Assembly (NCBI GenBank): GCA_031379035.1
Contig: JANNEU010000083.1
Span: 2,854 to 66,853 of the forward strand
DNA: 64,000 nucleotides
Source: Hyphomicrobiaceae bacterium
GTDB taxonomy: Bacteria; Pseudomonadota; Alphaproteobacteria; Rhizobiales; Hyphomicrobiaceae
Reading direction: 5' to 3'
Each line of letters opens with the position of its first letter. Positions within the stretch are counted from its first letter, which is position 1. Under the pieces are notes generated by a model. That model saw only the letters and a program-made list of their open reading frames with translations, had not been told where the DNA came from and did not search any database. A program made the translations under genes and the position numbers. Below, in pieces: positions 18,378 through 27,695 of the stretch.

Positions 18378-18796
18378 TGTCGACGACGCTACGCCCGACG
18401 CCTTCGCCCACACACGCAGCCATCCGGACGCCGCTCGCTAAGGTGCGCGGACTCGGCTCTGCCAAAGAGGGCACGGATCATTTCTGGAAGCAGCGGGTTA
18501 CTGCGCTCGCCAACGTGCCGCTGACGCTGTTTCTGGTCGGGCTGATCGCGATGCACGCGGGCTCGGACTACGCGACAGTCAAAAAAGTGATCCAACAGCC
18601 CGTTGTGGCCATTCTATTGTTATTGCTGGTGCTGTCCGGCATTCATCACATGCGGATGGGCATGCAGACCATCATCGAGGACTATGTGCCTTCGGAGGGC
18701 AAAAAAGTCTTGCTGGTGATGCTCAATTCGTTCTTTGCCTATTCGGTGGGCCTGACCTGCCTTTTCGCGGTGATGAAGCTGAGCTTCGGCGCCTGA
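18377..18796 (+). CDS. sdhD: succinate dehydrogenase membrane anchor subunit
   Basis: Three-TM small protein. Its ATG overlaps the sdhC stop (TAATG), and it has the heme-ligand region [11 protein letters not shown]. Confidence 0.9.
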   Translation: MSTTLRPTPSPTHAAIRTPLAKVRGLGSAKEGTDHFWKQRVTALANVPLTLFLVGLIAMHAGSDYATVKKVIQQPVVAILLLLLVLSGIHHMRMGMQTIIEDYVPSEGKKVLLVMLNSFFAYSVGLTCLFAVMKLSFGA

Positions 18797-18833
18797 TCTC
18801 GTCTTCGAAAATCTAGATACAACGGTCGATACC

Positions 18834-20669
18834 ATGAGCGGAAAAGCCAACGGTGCAGCGGCTCCCAAGGGCAACGGGCAAGCCTACAAATACACTGAGC
18901 ACACCTACGACGTTGTCGTCGTCGGTGCCGGTGGGGCGGGCCTCCGCGCCACCCTCGGCTGTGCCGAAGCCGGCCTGAAAACGGCCTGCATCACAAAGGT
19001 TTTCCCCACCCGCTCGCATACCGTTGCAGCCCAGGGCGGCGTCGCCGCCTCGCTTGGGAACATGCACCACGACGAGTGGCGCTGGCACATGTACGACACC
19101 GTCAAGGGTGCCGACTGGCTGGGTGACCAGGACGCCATCGAGTACCTGTGCCGCAATGCGCCTGCAGCGGTTTATGAGCTTGAACACTATGGTGTGCCGT
19201 TCAGCCGCACCGAAGACGGCAAGATCTACCAGCGCCCGTTCGGCGGCATGACCAAGGAAATGGGCGAGGGCGGTCCAGCCCAGCGCACGTGTGCGGCGGC
19301 TGACCGTACCGGTCACGCCATGCTGCACTCGTTATATGGACAAGCGCTGAAGCACTCGGCGGAGTTCTTCATCGAGTATTTCGCCATCGATCTGATCATG
19401 GATCAGGATGGGGTGTGCCGTGGTATTATCGCGCTGAACCTGGATGACGGCACGATCCATCGCTTCCGCGCCAAGAAGACCATTCTGGCAACGGGCGGTT
19501 ATGGCCGCGCGTACTTCTCGTGCACATCGGCGCATACGTGCACTGGTGACGGCAATGCGATGGTGCTGCGCGCTGGCCTGCCGTTGCAGGACATGGAGTT
19601 TGTGCAGTTCCACCCGACCGGCATTTACGGCGCGGGCGTGCTGATCACGGAAGGCTCGCGTGGCGAAGGCGGGTATCTGACCAACTCGAAGGGCGAGCGG
19701 TTCATGGAGCGGTATGCGCCGCACGTGAAGGATCTGGCATCGCGCGATGTGGTGTCGCGCTCGATGACGGTGGAGATCCGCGAGGGCCGCGGTGTCGGCG
19801 CAGAGCACGACCACATCTATCTGCATCTCGACCATCTGGACCCGAAGACGTTGGCAGAGCGGCTGCCGGGCATCACGGAGAGCGCGAAAATCTTTGCCGG
19901 CGTGGATATCCACCGCCAGCCGATCCCAGTGCTGCCGACCGTGCATTACAACATGGGTGGCATTCCGACGAACTATCACGGCGAAGTGCTGACGTTGAAA
20001 AACGGCAATCCGGATACGATTGTGCCGGGGCTGATGGCGATTGGCGAAGCGGCTTGCGTGTCGGTGCATGGCGCGAACCGGTTGGGTTCGAACTCGCTGA
20101 TCGATCTCGTGGTGTTCGGCCGGGCGGCAGGCTTGAAGTGCGGTGAGACCGTGGAAGCCGGCTCAGCCCAGCCCGATCTACCAAAGGATGCCGGCGAACT
20201 TGCGTTGTCGCGGTTAGACAAGTTCCGTTACGCCAAAGGTGGATCGCCGACGGCGGCGCTGCGGTTGAAAATGCAGAAAGTCATGCAGACGAACTGCGCC
20301 GTGTTCCGCGACGGACCGGTGCTAACGGAGGGCGTCGATAAAGTCGATGCGATCTGGAAAGAGTCGGGTGACATCAATGTCAATGATCGCTCGATGATCT
20401 GGAACTCGGACCTGATCGAAGCGATGGAATATGACAACCTTATTTCACAGGCTGCGGTGACGATGCACTCGGCCGCGAACCGTAAGGAAAGCCGTGGCGC
20501 GCATGCGCGTGAGGATTTCCCTGATCGCGACGATAAAGAGTGGATGAAGCATACGCTGGCGTTCGCCGATGACGCCAAGAAGCAGGTGATTTTGGATTAT
20601 CGCCCCGTGCACACGTACACGATGACGAACGAGACGGAGTACATCAAGCCGAAGGCGCGGGTGTATTGA
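18834..20669 (+). CDS. sdhA: succinate dehydrogenase flavoprotein subunit
   Basis: [21 protein letters not shown], and [15 protein letters not shown]. Confidence 0.97.
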   Translation: MSGKANGAAAPKGNGQAYKYTEHTYDVVVVGAGGAGLRATLGCAEAGLKTACITKVFPTRSHTVAAQGGVAASLGNMHHDEWRWHMYDTVKGADWLGDQDAIEYLCRNAPAAVYELEHYGVPFSRTEDGKIYQRPFGGMTKEMGEGGPAQRTCAAADRTGHAMLHSLYGQALKHSAEFFIEYFAIDLIMDQDGVCRGIIALNLDDGTIHRFRAKKTILATGGYGRAYFSCTSAHTCTGDGNAMVLRAGLPLQDMEFVQFHPTGIYGAGVLITEGSRGEGGYLTNSKGERFMERYAPHVKDLASRDVVSRSMTVEIREGRGVGAEHDHIYLHLDHLDPKTLAERLPGITESAKIFAGVDIHRQPIPVLPTVHYNMGGIPTNYHGEVLTLKNGNPDTIVPGLMAIGEAACVSVHGANRLGSNSLIDLVVFGRAAGLKCGETVEAGSAQPDLPKDAGELALSRLDKFRYAKGGSPTAALRLKMQKVMQTNCAVFRDGPVLTEGVDKVDAIWKESGDINVNDRSMIWNSDLIEAMEYDNLISQAAVTMHSAANRKESRGAHAREDFPDRDDKEWMKHTLAFADDAKKQVILDYRPVHTYTMTNETEYIKPKARVY

Positions 20670-20825
20670 GGGGGAAGGGACACCCCAAAGTGGTTCCGTG
20701 AGGAACAGCGCAGCCGACAGGACGAGAGACAGGCCCTGTGTTCTGCAGGTCCGAAGTTCGACTTCGGCGCTGAAGCTTTTGTTTGGGGTGACGAGAAGTG
20801 GGGAGTAACGACTCATAGAGTACTT

Positions 20826-21254
20826 TTGTCAGGCAAGGAGTGCCTGCTGTGGTTATATGACGAGGGAAGCTACAATTACACTTCCGCTAAGGTCAGCGAG
20901 ACAACGTACTCCGGCTACGTTCCATCACTTTGGGAGCGCCTACGAGGTCAAAAACACATTCCTCCTCAACACGAGAGAAAATTAGAGATTCGAGCCTACA
21001 GCCCCCATCACTACGACACGGACTCGGAGGGGCGCGAAATTCCCGATTCGCGAAAAGGCTGGGTGTTCGCGTTTCTTGAATTAGCCCCGAATATGGACTT
21101 GTTCGCAAAGCATGCGATGGAGAGTGTCAAAAGCCACCGCGCTGCACACGTAGCATATATAGCCCGAATAAAGTCCGAAATGGAACTCAGAGTCGGGAAG
21201 GCCGATGAGGCGCGGCTCGCCACTATCCGCAATCTCCCTCGGCTCCCCGAATAG
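20826..21254 (+). CDS. hypothetical protein (lower GC, rare codons)
   Basis: 142-aa ORF with a TTG start and tta/ata/aga codons atypical for the window. No motif recognised. Confidence 0.4.
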   Translation: MSGKECLLWLYDEGSYNYTSAKVSETTYSGYVPSLWERLRGQKHIPPQHERKLEIRAYSPHHYDTDSEGREIPDSRKGWVFAFLELAPNMDLFAKHAMESVKSHRAAHVAYIARIKSEMELRVGKADEARLATIRNLPRLPE

Positions 21255-21272
21255 CGCTTGAGGTCTTTCCCC

Positions 21273-21509
21273 ATGGACACCAACGACAGCTCCCCCGAAT
21301 CCCGCGCCGCCCATCGCCGTGCGACCTGGACCATCCGCCGCTTCACTGATCTCGACCAGATGAAGGCCGGAGAGTACACCTATTGGCAATCGCAACCAGT
21401 CCATGCTCGCTTAACTGCGGGGATGGAACTTGCAGCTGAAGGCTACGCCATGAAGGGCGTTCATGTTTCGAGACTTCATAGAACTCTTGTCCGTTCTCAA
21501 CGCGCATAA
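21273..21509 (+). CDS. small hypothetical protein, likely partner of the downstream nucleotidyltransferase
   Basis: FTDLDQMKAGEYTYWQSQPVHARLTAGMELAAEGYAMKG..RLHRTLVR. From memory, this resembles small proteins that precede this nucleotidyltransferase family. It overlaps the next ORF. Confidence 0.4.
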   Translation: MDTNDSSPESRAAHRRATWTIRRFTDLDQMKAGEYTYWQSQPVHARLTAGMELAAEGYAMKGVHVSRLHRTLVRSQRA

Positions 21510-21967
21510 GGTCAAATACCTTGTCGTTGGCGGCCAGGCTGTGATTGTCCATGCACAGCCGCGTGCGACCAAAGATCTCGACATCTTCATTCAGCCCGCG
21601 CCAAAAAAATGGCGTGGCCCTTTTTCGGGCCTTGCAGGAATTCGGCGCGCCCTTGCGCGATCTCACAGCTGGGGACTTTATTGAAAAGGGCACGTTCTTC
21701 ACGATGGGGGTACCGCCGATCGCCATCGACATTCTCTCGGAAATCGCAGGTGTAAAATTCGCGCAGGCTTGGAAGAACAGATCGACAGAAATTGTAGATC
21801 CGGAGAGCGGCTTGACGGCACATTTCATTTCGCGCGCCGATCTGATCGCGGGCAAGCTGGCGGCCGGACGTCCGCAAGACCTGGCGGACGTCGATGCGCT
21901 CCGCCGTGCACAAGCCGCCTTGGAACGGCAGGCCAAACGGAAGCGAAAGCCGCGTCAAAAAACGTGA
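21463..21967 (+). pseudogene. nucleotidyltransferase-fold protein (DUF6036/AbiEii-like), split by a frameshift in an A7 run
   Basis: ORF 21463..21684 (MFRDFIELLSVLNAHKVKYLVVGGQAVIVHAQPRATKDLDIFIQPAPK) and ORF 21545..21967 (..NGVALFRALQEFGAPL..DLIAGKLAAGRPQDLADV) join into one family-typical protein if A7 (21603-21609) is read as A6. Confidence 0.6.
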
Positions 21968-22008
21968 GAATGCCGTCAAGCGGCACCTGACATGTCGGAG
22001 ATTTTACC

Positions 22009-22257
22009 GTGCAGTCTGAACGCACCTACACCATCATCCTCGAACCCGACCCAGACGGCGGGTTCGTCGTGCACGTCCCGGCGCTGCCGGAAGTCTGCAC
22101 CCAAGGTGACACTGAGACGGACGCGCTAGCAAACGCGCGCGAGGCGATTGCACTCGCTGTAGAGGAGCGGATCGCAACAGGAGAAGCTGTCCCTGCCGAC
22201 CAGCTCCCGCAAATCCGCAAAGTGTCTGTCACTGTCGATTTTCCAACCGCTGCATGA
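22009..22257 (+). CDS. hicB: HicB-family antitoxin
   Basis: YTIILEPDPDGGFVVHVPALPEVCTQGDTETDALANAREAIALAVEE. GTG start. Confidence 0.8.
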   Translation: MQSERTYTIILEPDPDGGFVVHVPALPEVCTQGDTETDALANAREAIALAVEERIATGEAVPADQLPQIRKVSVTVDFPTAA

Positions 22258-22487
22258 ACCCTAGGCTTCGCCAGCTTCGCGGCAGCGATGCTGTCCGCGC
22301 GCTCGAACGCGGTGGCTTCGTCGTCACGCGCATCAGGGGCAGTCACCACATTCTTGTGCATCCCGGCGACAGGTCCCGGCGTGCGACCATACCTGTCCAC
22401 GCTGGCGAGTCACTCAAACAAGGCACGCTGCGATCAATCTTGAAACAAGCGCGACTGAGCGAGGATGAACTGGTGCAGTTGCTGTAA
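22254..22487 (+). CDS. hicA: HicA-family mRNA interferase toxin
   Basis: SDAVRALERGGFVVTRIRGSHHILVHPGDRSRRATIPVHAGESLKQGTLRSILKQARL. There is an ATGA overlap with hicB. Confidence 0.85.
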   Translation: MNPRLRQLRGSDAVRALERGGFVVTRIRGSHHILVHPGDRSRRATIPVHAGESLKQGTLRSILKQARLSEDELVQLL

Positions 22488-22736
22488 CCCTCCGTTGGCT
22501 CGGACACTTTACAGCTTCGCAGCCAAATACTTTGCCTGTGGCGACGTCTGCTGCCGCCGTCTCCTCATTCCGCCAAATCTAGCACAACACTCTGTGCAAC
22601 GCTGGCGCGAAAATCGTGGATGTTGGCCTGCCATCGCAACCGGATTTGTGGCAGAAGCTGCGGCCGGGGCACTCTCCAATCATCCCGCGCGCGGAACGCT
22701 GGGTTTGGGCGGTACGATCACGAGACCAAGCAGACT

Positions 22737-23417
22737 ATGGCCATCTTTCGCCGGACACCGCCGCCATCGACCCCACCTGGAGCACCGGAGACGGCTATCC
22801 CGGGGAAGGGGCCGGCGGGCGCTGGCGGCGTGAAACCTGTTGATCCAGGACGGGCGGCGCCGGAGCCATTGTCGATCATCCTGCCCGCCGTCGCAGCCCT
22901 CGGCTCCATTGCCTCCATCGCCGCCGTCGCCTGGCTGGCCGAAGACCGCACGGCCGACCGGCCAAAAGTGAAGCGGCGACTGGATGTGATCCTGCGGGAC
23001 CTGGAGACGAGTTGCCTGGGCCTTGCGGAAATCCTGCGGCGTGTGATCCGCCACAGCCCGATGTTCGGACTGCTGGGGGCGACAAGTGCGGCACCGATGA
23101 AGTTCGGCCTGCTGGGCACGCGGGTCGATACACAGCAGGGGCATGTCTATATTCACCTGGTCAACGACGTGGCGACCATGCTGGTACTAGCCACCCAGGC
23201 CAGCTTCGATGTGACGAATGCGATTGAGGATGGCGATCTGACGCCGACGGAAGCGCTGATCTACAGGTTCGGCGACGCACAGGCGAAGTTGACGGTGCTG
23301 CTGGCAAGCCGAGAAAGCCTCAAGACGACGGTCGAGACAGCGCTGGCCATTGCGGAGGGACTGGTGGTGTGTGTGCGCGAGTTGAAGGCGCTCAGGCCAC
23401 CTGAGACGCGGGCATAG
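22737..23417 (+). CDS. hypothetical single-pass membrane protein (Pro-rich N-terminus, helical C-domain)
   Basis: ATG at 22737 and a TM segment LSIILPAVAALGSIASIAAVAWL. No recognised domain. Confidence 0.45.
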   Translation: MAIFRRTPPPSTPPGAPETAIPGKGPAGAGGVKPVDPGRAAPEPLSIILPAVAALGSIASIAAVAWLAEDRTADRPKVKRRLDVILRDLETSCLGLAEILRRVIRHSPMFGLLGATSAAPMKFGLLGTRVDTQQGHVYIHLVNDVATMLVLATQASFDVTNAIEDGDLTPTEALIYRFGDAQAKLTVLLASRESLKTTVETALAIAEGLVVCVRELKALRPPETRA

Positions 23418-23537
23418 GGCACCTCCGGACAGCTTGCCGCAGCAGTGGTCGGAATGCCTCACTCAGCGTTGACTTGAACTGTGCTAATGAACAGAGTGCA
23501 CCGCACAAAAACTGGATTTCTCCGGAAGACGTACTCC

Positions 23538-24320
23538 ATGGTTCAGCTGTCGCTCCCCAGCAACTCCAAGATCACCACCGGCAAAGTCTGGAACAATCCC
23601 GGCAAGGCTAAGGGTGACTGGAAGCAGTTCAAGATCTACCGCTGGAATCCGGATGATCCAGCCAACCCGCGCACCGATACGTACTGGGTGGATCGCAGCA
23701 GCTGCGGGCCCATGGTTCTCGACGCGTTGATCAAGATCAAAGGCGAGATCGACAGCACGCTGACGTTCCGGCGGTCATGCCGGGAAGGCATCTGCGGATC
23801 GTGCGCTATGAACATCGACGGCACCAATACGCTGGCGTGTCTGAAGTCGATGGACGACGTGCGCGGCGCGGTGTCGGTTTATCCATTGCCGCACATGAAG
23901 GTCATCAAGGACCTGGTGCCGGATATGACGAATTTCTATGCGCAACACGCTTCGGTGGAGCCGTGGCTCAAGACCTCGACGCCGACGCCGCCGACCGAGT
24001 GGAAGCAGGCGCATAGTGATCGCGAGAAGCTAGACGGGCTTTATGAGTGCATTCTGTGCGCCTGCTGCTCGACGTCGTGCCCGAGTTACTGGTGGAATTC
24101 GGACCGCTACCTGGGTCCTGCAGCGCTGTTGCAGGCCTATCGCTGGGTGATCGACAGCCGCGACGAGGCAACCGGCGACCGGCTTGATGACTTGGAAGAT
24201 CCATTCCGGCTCTACCGTTGCCACACCATTTTGAATTGTGCGAAGGCCTGCCCCAAGGGGCTGAACCCAGCCAAGGCAATTGCCGAACTGAAAAAGCTGA
24301 TGGTGGAGCGGCGGGTTTAA
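23538..24320 (+). CDS. sdhB: succinate dehydrogenase iron-sulfur subunit
   Basis: [28 protein letters not shown] and [14 protein letters not shown] cluster motifs. Confidence 0.95.
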   Translation: MVQLSLPSNSKITTGKVWNNPGKAKGDWKQFKIYRWNPDDPANPRTDTYWVDRSSCGPMVLDALIKIKGEIDSTLTFRRSCREGICGSCAMNIDGTNTLACLKSMDDVRGAVSVYPLPHMKVIKDLVPDMTNFYAQHASVEPWLKTSTPTPPTEWKQAHSDREKLDGLYECILCACCSTSCPSYWWNSDRYLGPAALLQAYRWVIDSRDEATGDRLDDLEDPFRLYRCHTILNCAKACPKGLNPAKAIAELKKLMVERRV

Positions 24321-24472
24321 ACGAGACCGCCACTGCGGCACTGTTCGCTTTGAGACAATCTTGACCGTCACAATCACGGCATGACACCATCTCCGGATGT
24401 CGTCGAGTGTCCGCTATTTTTGCGGATGACACCTTACGATTTTGGAGCAGGCAATTTTAGCATGGATTAGCT

Positions 24473-24652
24473 ATGCGCAATTTTACTTTGAAGATGATCG
24501 CTCTGTCGGTGGCGGTTTGGGTGGCGGTGTGCATCACGGATGGTTCGTACACATCGAGTGAGGCCCGCGAGTGCCGTGTCGGCCCGCGCCGGGTCATGTC
24601 TTGCTGCCCGAACGGGTTCAAGTTCGCGGCCGGCAGGGCATGCAAGCGATAA
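24473..24652 (+). CDS. possible small secreted Cys-rich peptide (59 aa)
   Basis: MRNFTLKMIALSVAVWVAVCITDGSYTSSEARECRVGPRRVMSCCPNGFKFAAGRACKR has a signal-peptide-like N-terminus and four Cys in the mature part. It is below the ORF-track cutoff, and no strong SD was seen. Confidence 0.3.
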   Translation: MRNFTLKMIALSVAVWVAVCITDGSYTSSEARECRVGPRRVMSCCPNGFKFAAGRACKR

Positions 24653-24761
24653 CGGCCTCGGTTCACTCGCAACGCGGCCAGCCTGTTTTTCAGTCATTTG
24701 TCGCGCGGAGTTTGCCATGTAGGGTGCCGCTTAAGACCAGAGTTTCTTGCGGAGACCATCC

Positions 24762-25151
24762 ATGCTCGATCACGTTGGCATTCCGGTATCGGACTACGAA
24801 CGCTCAAAGGTGTTCTATTCGAAGGTGCTGAAACCGCTCGGCTATGAGCTGGCGTTTGAAGTATCGTCGGCAGAGACCGGTGGCAAGCGGCACGCGGGGT
24901 TTGGTGCCGGCGGCCGGCCGCAATTCTGGATCGGGACCGGAAAACCGCTGAAGGGTGGGCAGGCGCATTTTGCGTTCGTCGCCAAAACGCGTGACGCGGT
25001 GCGAGCGTTTTATGACGCGGCCATGAAGGCGGGCGGCAGCGACAACGGCGCACCCGGTTTGAGGCCGCATTATCACGAGAACTACTACGGGGCGTTTGTG
25101 TTCGATCCAGACGGTCAGAACATTGAAGCCGTGTGTCATACCGCTGAATGA
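24762..25151 (+). CDS. VOC/glyoxalase-family protein
   Basis: MLDHVGIPVSDYERSKVFYSKVLKPLGY...HFAFVAKTRDAVRAFYDAA..NIEAVCH. Confidence 0.85.
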   Translation: MLDHVGIPVSDYERSKVFYSKVLKPLGYELAFEVSSAETGGKRHAGFGAGGRPQFWIGTGKPLKGGQAHFAFVAKTRDAVRAFYDAAMKAGGSDNGAPGLRPHYHENYYGAFVFDPDGQNIEAVCHTAE

Positions 25152-25312
25152 ACAGGCGAACGAACGGCGAAATGCGGCCATGGCGTGGCGTTATCTGGGC
25201 CGCTATGGCGCGCAGGTGTGAATATGCAGTGACCCTGCCGTTCACGCCGCCGTCAGTGCGCAGAGGATAGGTTGTTGCTACCCTGCACTTTTAACTTCCC
25301 CGGCGTGATAGG

Positions 25313-25345
25313 GGCGCAGCGCGCAGGGTCGCTGCGCCTTTTTTT
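25313..25345 (+). terminator. GC hairpin followed by T7
   Basis: ggcgcagcg ... cgctgcgcc then ttttttt. It lies between the VOC gene and the 3' end of the second flp gene. Confidence 0.65.
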
Positions 25346-25378
25346 GCGCGTGCGTCCCCTTGGCAGCTGAGAGTAGCT

Positions 25379-25552
25379 TTACTTGGTGGTGTTCATATTG
25401 GTAGCGACCTTGGAGAACGTGTTCGCCACATTCTTGCCGAGGGTCGACGCAGCCGAAATGATGGCAACGGAAATCAAAGAGGCAATCAGGCCGTACTCGA
25501 TTGCGGTTGCGCCGCTTTCGTCTGCGATGAACCGGTCTAACAGCACTTTCAT
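25379..25552 (-). CDS. flp: second, orphan Flp-family pilin precursor (57 aa)
   Basis: Minus-strand MKVLLDRFIADESGATAIEYGLIASLISVAIISAASTLGKNVANTFSKVATNMNTTK, with SD gggagaacgagact ATG. The + ORF 25383..25571 is its shadow. Confidence 0.85.
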   Translation of the reverse strand: MKVLLDRFIADESGATAIEYGLIASLISVAIISAASTLGKNVANTFSKVATNMNTTK

Positions 25553-25892
25553 AGTCTCGTTCTCCCGCTAGGCCTTCTTCTTGATCACTCGTTGGAGCCA
25601 TTACTACGGCAAAAGTTTATTCAATTCGTTAAATGTCGCGGTGGATTGTGCGGACGCTTGTTTACCCGGCGGAAGCCAAGCTTCGGGTCTTGTGACGCTG
25701 AGCGCCCTGGAACGCGGTCATCCCTGGGCTGATCTCGGCCATAAGCGGCCTATTGTACCGCTTGGCACCATGACATCCCGTGACCGGTTGGGACTTGCTG
25801 ACCATAGTGTTACCATACCTCACACTTACGAGTTCCGAACTTCGCCTTTGCTATCGTTGACGGCCGCTACTCGTCCAACCTGAGCGTTCTCT

Positions 25893-26411
25893 ATGCTGCA
25901 CCTTGAAACGATCCGGCTTCGATCTGTGGTTGCGGGCGCACTCGTTGTCTTGACAGGTGGGATTGCCGCTTCGGCGCAGGAATACTGTGTCGCCTGTGCG
26001 GGGCCGGACACTCTCTACCGTTGTGTCATCGACGGTGCACGCCCCGGTGCCGCACCGTCGCTGCAAGTGTTGTGCATCACCGCGCTCGCCAAGGACGGCC
26101 AGCATGCGACGTGTGCGGTCAAGCGCGGCGTGGGGGTGCTCGACTGCAACGGAGCCGTCAAACGCGTAGCGGTCCCAGTTGACGGTGCAGCGCCTGTCGT
26201 CGCGCTGCCAGTACCGGAGCCAAAGCCGACGACCCCGCAAGGGGAGCCGAAAACAGTCGCCGAAATGTTGCAGCGCGCCAAAGACCAGAACGATCGCAGT
26301 TGGGAAAAAGCCAACGCGCAAATCAAAGCCAACAACGAAAAAGCCGGCTCGTTTCTCAAGAAATCCTGGGACTGTGTCGCGTCGCTGTTCTTCAAATGTG
26401 GGACTGAGTGA
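25893..26411 (+). CDS. secreted Cys-rich hypothetical protein
   Basis: Signal peptide (..GGIAASAQE), several Cys pairs, and a Pro-rich linker. No recognised family. Confidence 0.5.
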   Translation: MLHLETIRLRSVVAGALVVLTGGIAASAQEYCVACAGPDTLYRCVIDGARPGAAPSLQVLCITALAKDGQHATCAVKRGVGVLDCNGAVKRVAVPVDGAAPVVALPVPEPKPTTPQGEPKTVAEMLQRAKDQNDRSWEKANAQIKANNEKAGSFLKKSWDCVASLFFKCGTE

Positions 26412-26571
26412 CCTGCCTCGATACCGTTGGGCGTTGAAAAATATGGCGGGTATCCGAAGGTTACGCTTGATCTCCCAAAAGCGCTGCGCAAGTGTTTCGG
26501 CCAGGGCTTGAAACGCGGGCCTTGGCTGTTCTCTGATAGACGGCCCCAAAAAGCTAATGGAGGAATGCCAC

Positions 26572-27321
26572 ATGTTAGGAAAACAGCGCGTTGTGCTCGT
26601 GACGGGTGGCATGGGCGGCTTGGGCGAGGCCATCTGCAAAAAGATGGCCGCGATGGGCAATGTGGTCGTGACGACCTATTCGCCCTCCAACAAGACATCC
26701 GGCGATTGGCTCAAATCCATGAAGGCCGACGGGTTCACTTTTCACGCCTATGCCGCCGACGTGACCGACTTTGAAGCCTGCGGTGGGCTCGTTGCCAAAA
26801 TCCAGGCCGAACTTGGACCAGTTGACGTCCTGGTGAACAACGCCGGCATCACCCGCGACACGACTTTTAAGAAGATGACCAAGGTCGATTGGGACGCGGT
26901 GATGCACACCAATCTCGACAGTACCTTCAACATGACCAAGCCGGTTATGGACGGCATGGTCGAACGGGGCTGGGGCCGCGTTATCAACATCTCCTCGGTC
27001 AACGGCCAGAAGGGCGCGTTCGGGCAGACGAACTACTCTGCCGCCAAGGCTGGCATGCATGGGTTTACGAAAGCGCTGGCGCTTGAGGTTGCGCGCCGCG
27101 GCGTGACCGTCAATACGATCTCGCCGGGCTATATCGGCACCAAGATGGTGATGGCGATCGACAAGGCCGTGCTCGACAGCAAGATCCTGCCGCAGATCCC
27201 AATGGGGCGCCTTGGCAAGCCGGATGAAGTGGCAGGTCTTGTGGCCTATCTCGCGTCCGATGAAGCGGCGTTCCTGACCGGAGCCAACATCGCCATCAAC
27301 GGCGGTCAGCATATGCAGTAA
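26572..27321 (+). CDS. phaB: acetoacetyl-CoA reductase (SDR)
   Basis: VTGGMGGLG, NNAGITRD, YSAAKAG, overall PhaB-like sequence, and a GGAGGA SD. Confidence 0.88.
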   Translation: MLGKQRVVLVTGGMGGLGEAICKKMAAMGNVVVTTYSPSNKTSGDWLKSMKADGFTFHAYAADVTDFEACGGLVAKIQAELGPVDVLVNNAGITRDTTFKKMTKVDWDAVMHTNLDSTFNMTKPVMDGMVERGWGRVINISSVNGQKGAFGQTNYSAAKAGMHGFTKALALEVARRGVTVNTISPGYIGTKMVMAIDKAVLDSKILPQIPMGRLGKPDEVAGLVAYLASDEAAFLTGANIAINGGQHMQ

Positions 27322-27452
27322 TACCAGCGACGGCTGCGCTTCGCGATGATCTGGTGACAGGTCCGCGTGGCGCAGTCCGGCGCGCATGATGATTTTTGAA
27401 TAGATTTTTGATTGCTATTTTGTCAGCCCCCGGGGCGACCAGCGAAATGCAC

Positions 27453-27500
27453 GTGCGTGTGCGTGTGCGTGTGCGTGTGCGTGTGCGTGTGCGTGTGCGA
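27453..27500. repeat. hexanucleotide microsatellite (GTGCGT)7 plus one imperfect unit, within a 53-nt strictly alternating purine-pyrimidine tract (27447-27499)
   Basis: Read directly. It is intergenic, about 195 nt upstream of the outer-membrane protein gene. Confidence 0.95.
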
Positions 27501-27695
27501 TACTCAGCCTCGTGGTGCGGGCATCGTGACCGAACCGCATGGATTGCAACTTCTCCACAGTTCTCTTCGTGCGGACCATCGACTCAGGTACACGCCTGCG
27601 GTGATCGTGGCGTACGAACGATGATGACGGCCAGCAAAACGCCATGGCTATTGCGCGGCGTTCCTTTTTCACTTGAGCCTTGTGGGGACTGATTG

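Noticed and set aside
20670-23537. Prophage or integrative element between sdhA and sdhB
   Set aside because: I saw no integrase, recombinase, phage structural genes, tRNA or flanking direct repeats. It is kept as an 'accessory islet' finding only.
27453-27500. Possible CRISPR array (also considered for 63626-63667)
   Set aside because: The units are 6-7 nt and strictly head-to-tail with no spacers, and no cas genes are in the window. These are microsatellites, not CRISPR.
27396-27692. 98-aa ORF encoding (VR)n
   Set aside because: The repetitive peptide is just the translation of the (GTGCGT)n microsatellite. There is no SD and no coding signature outside the repeat.
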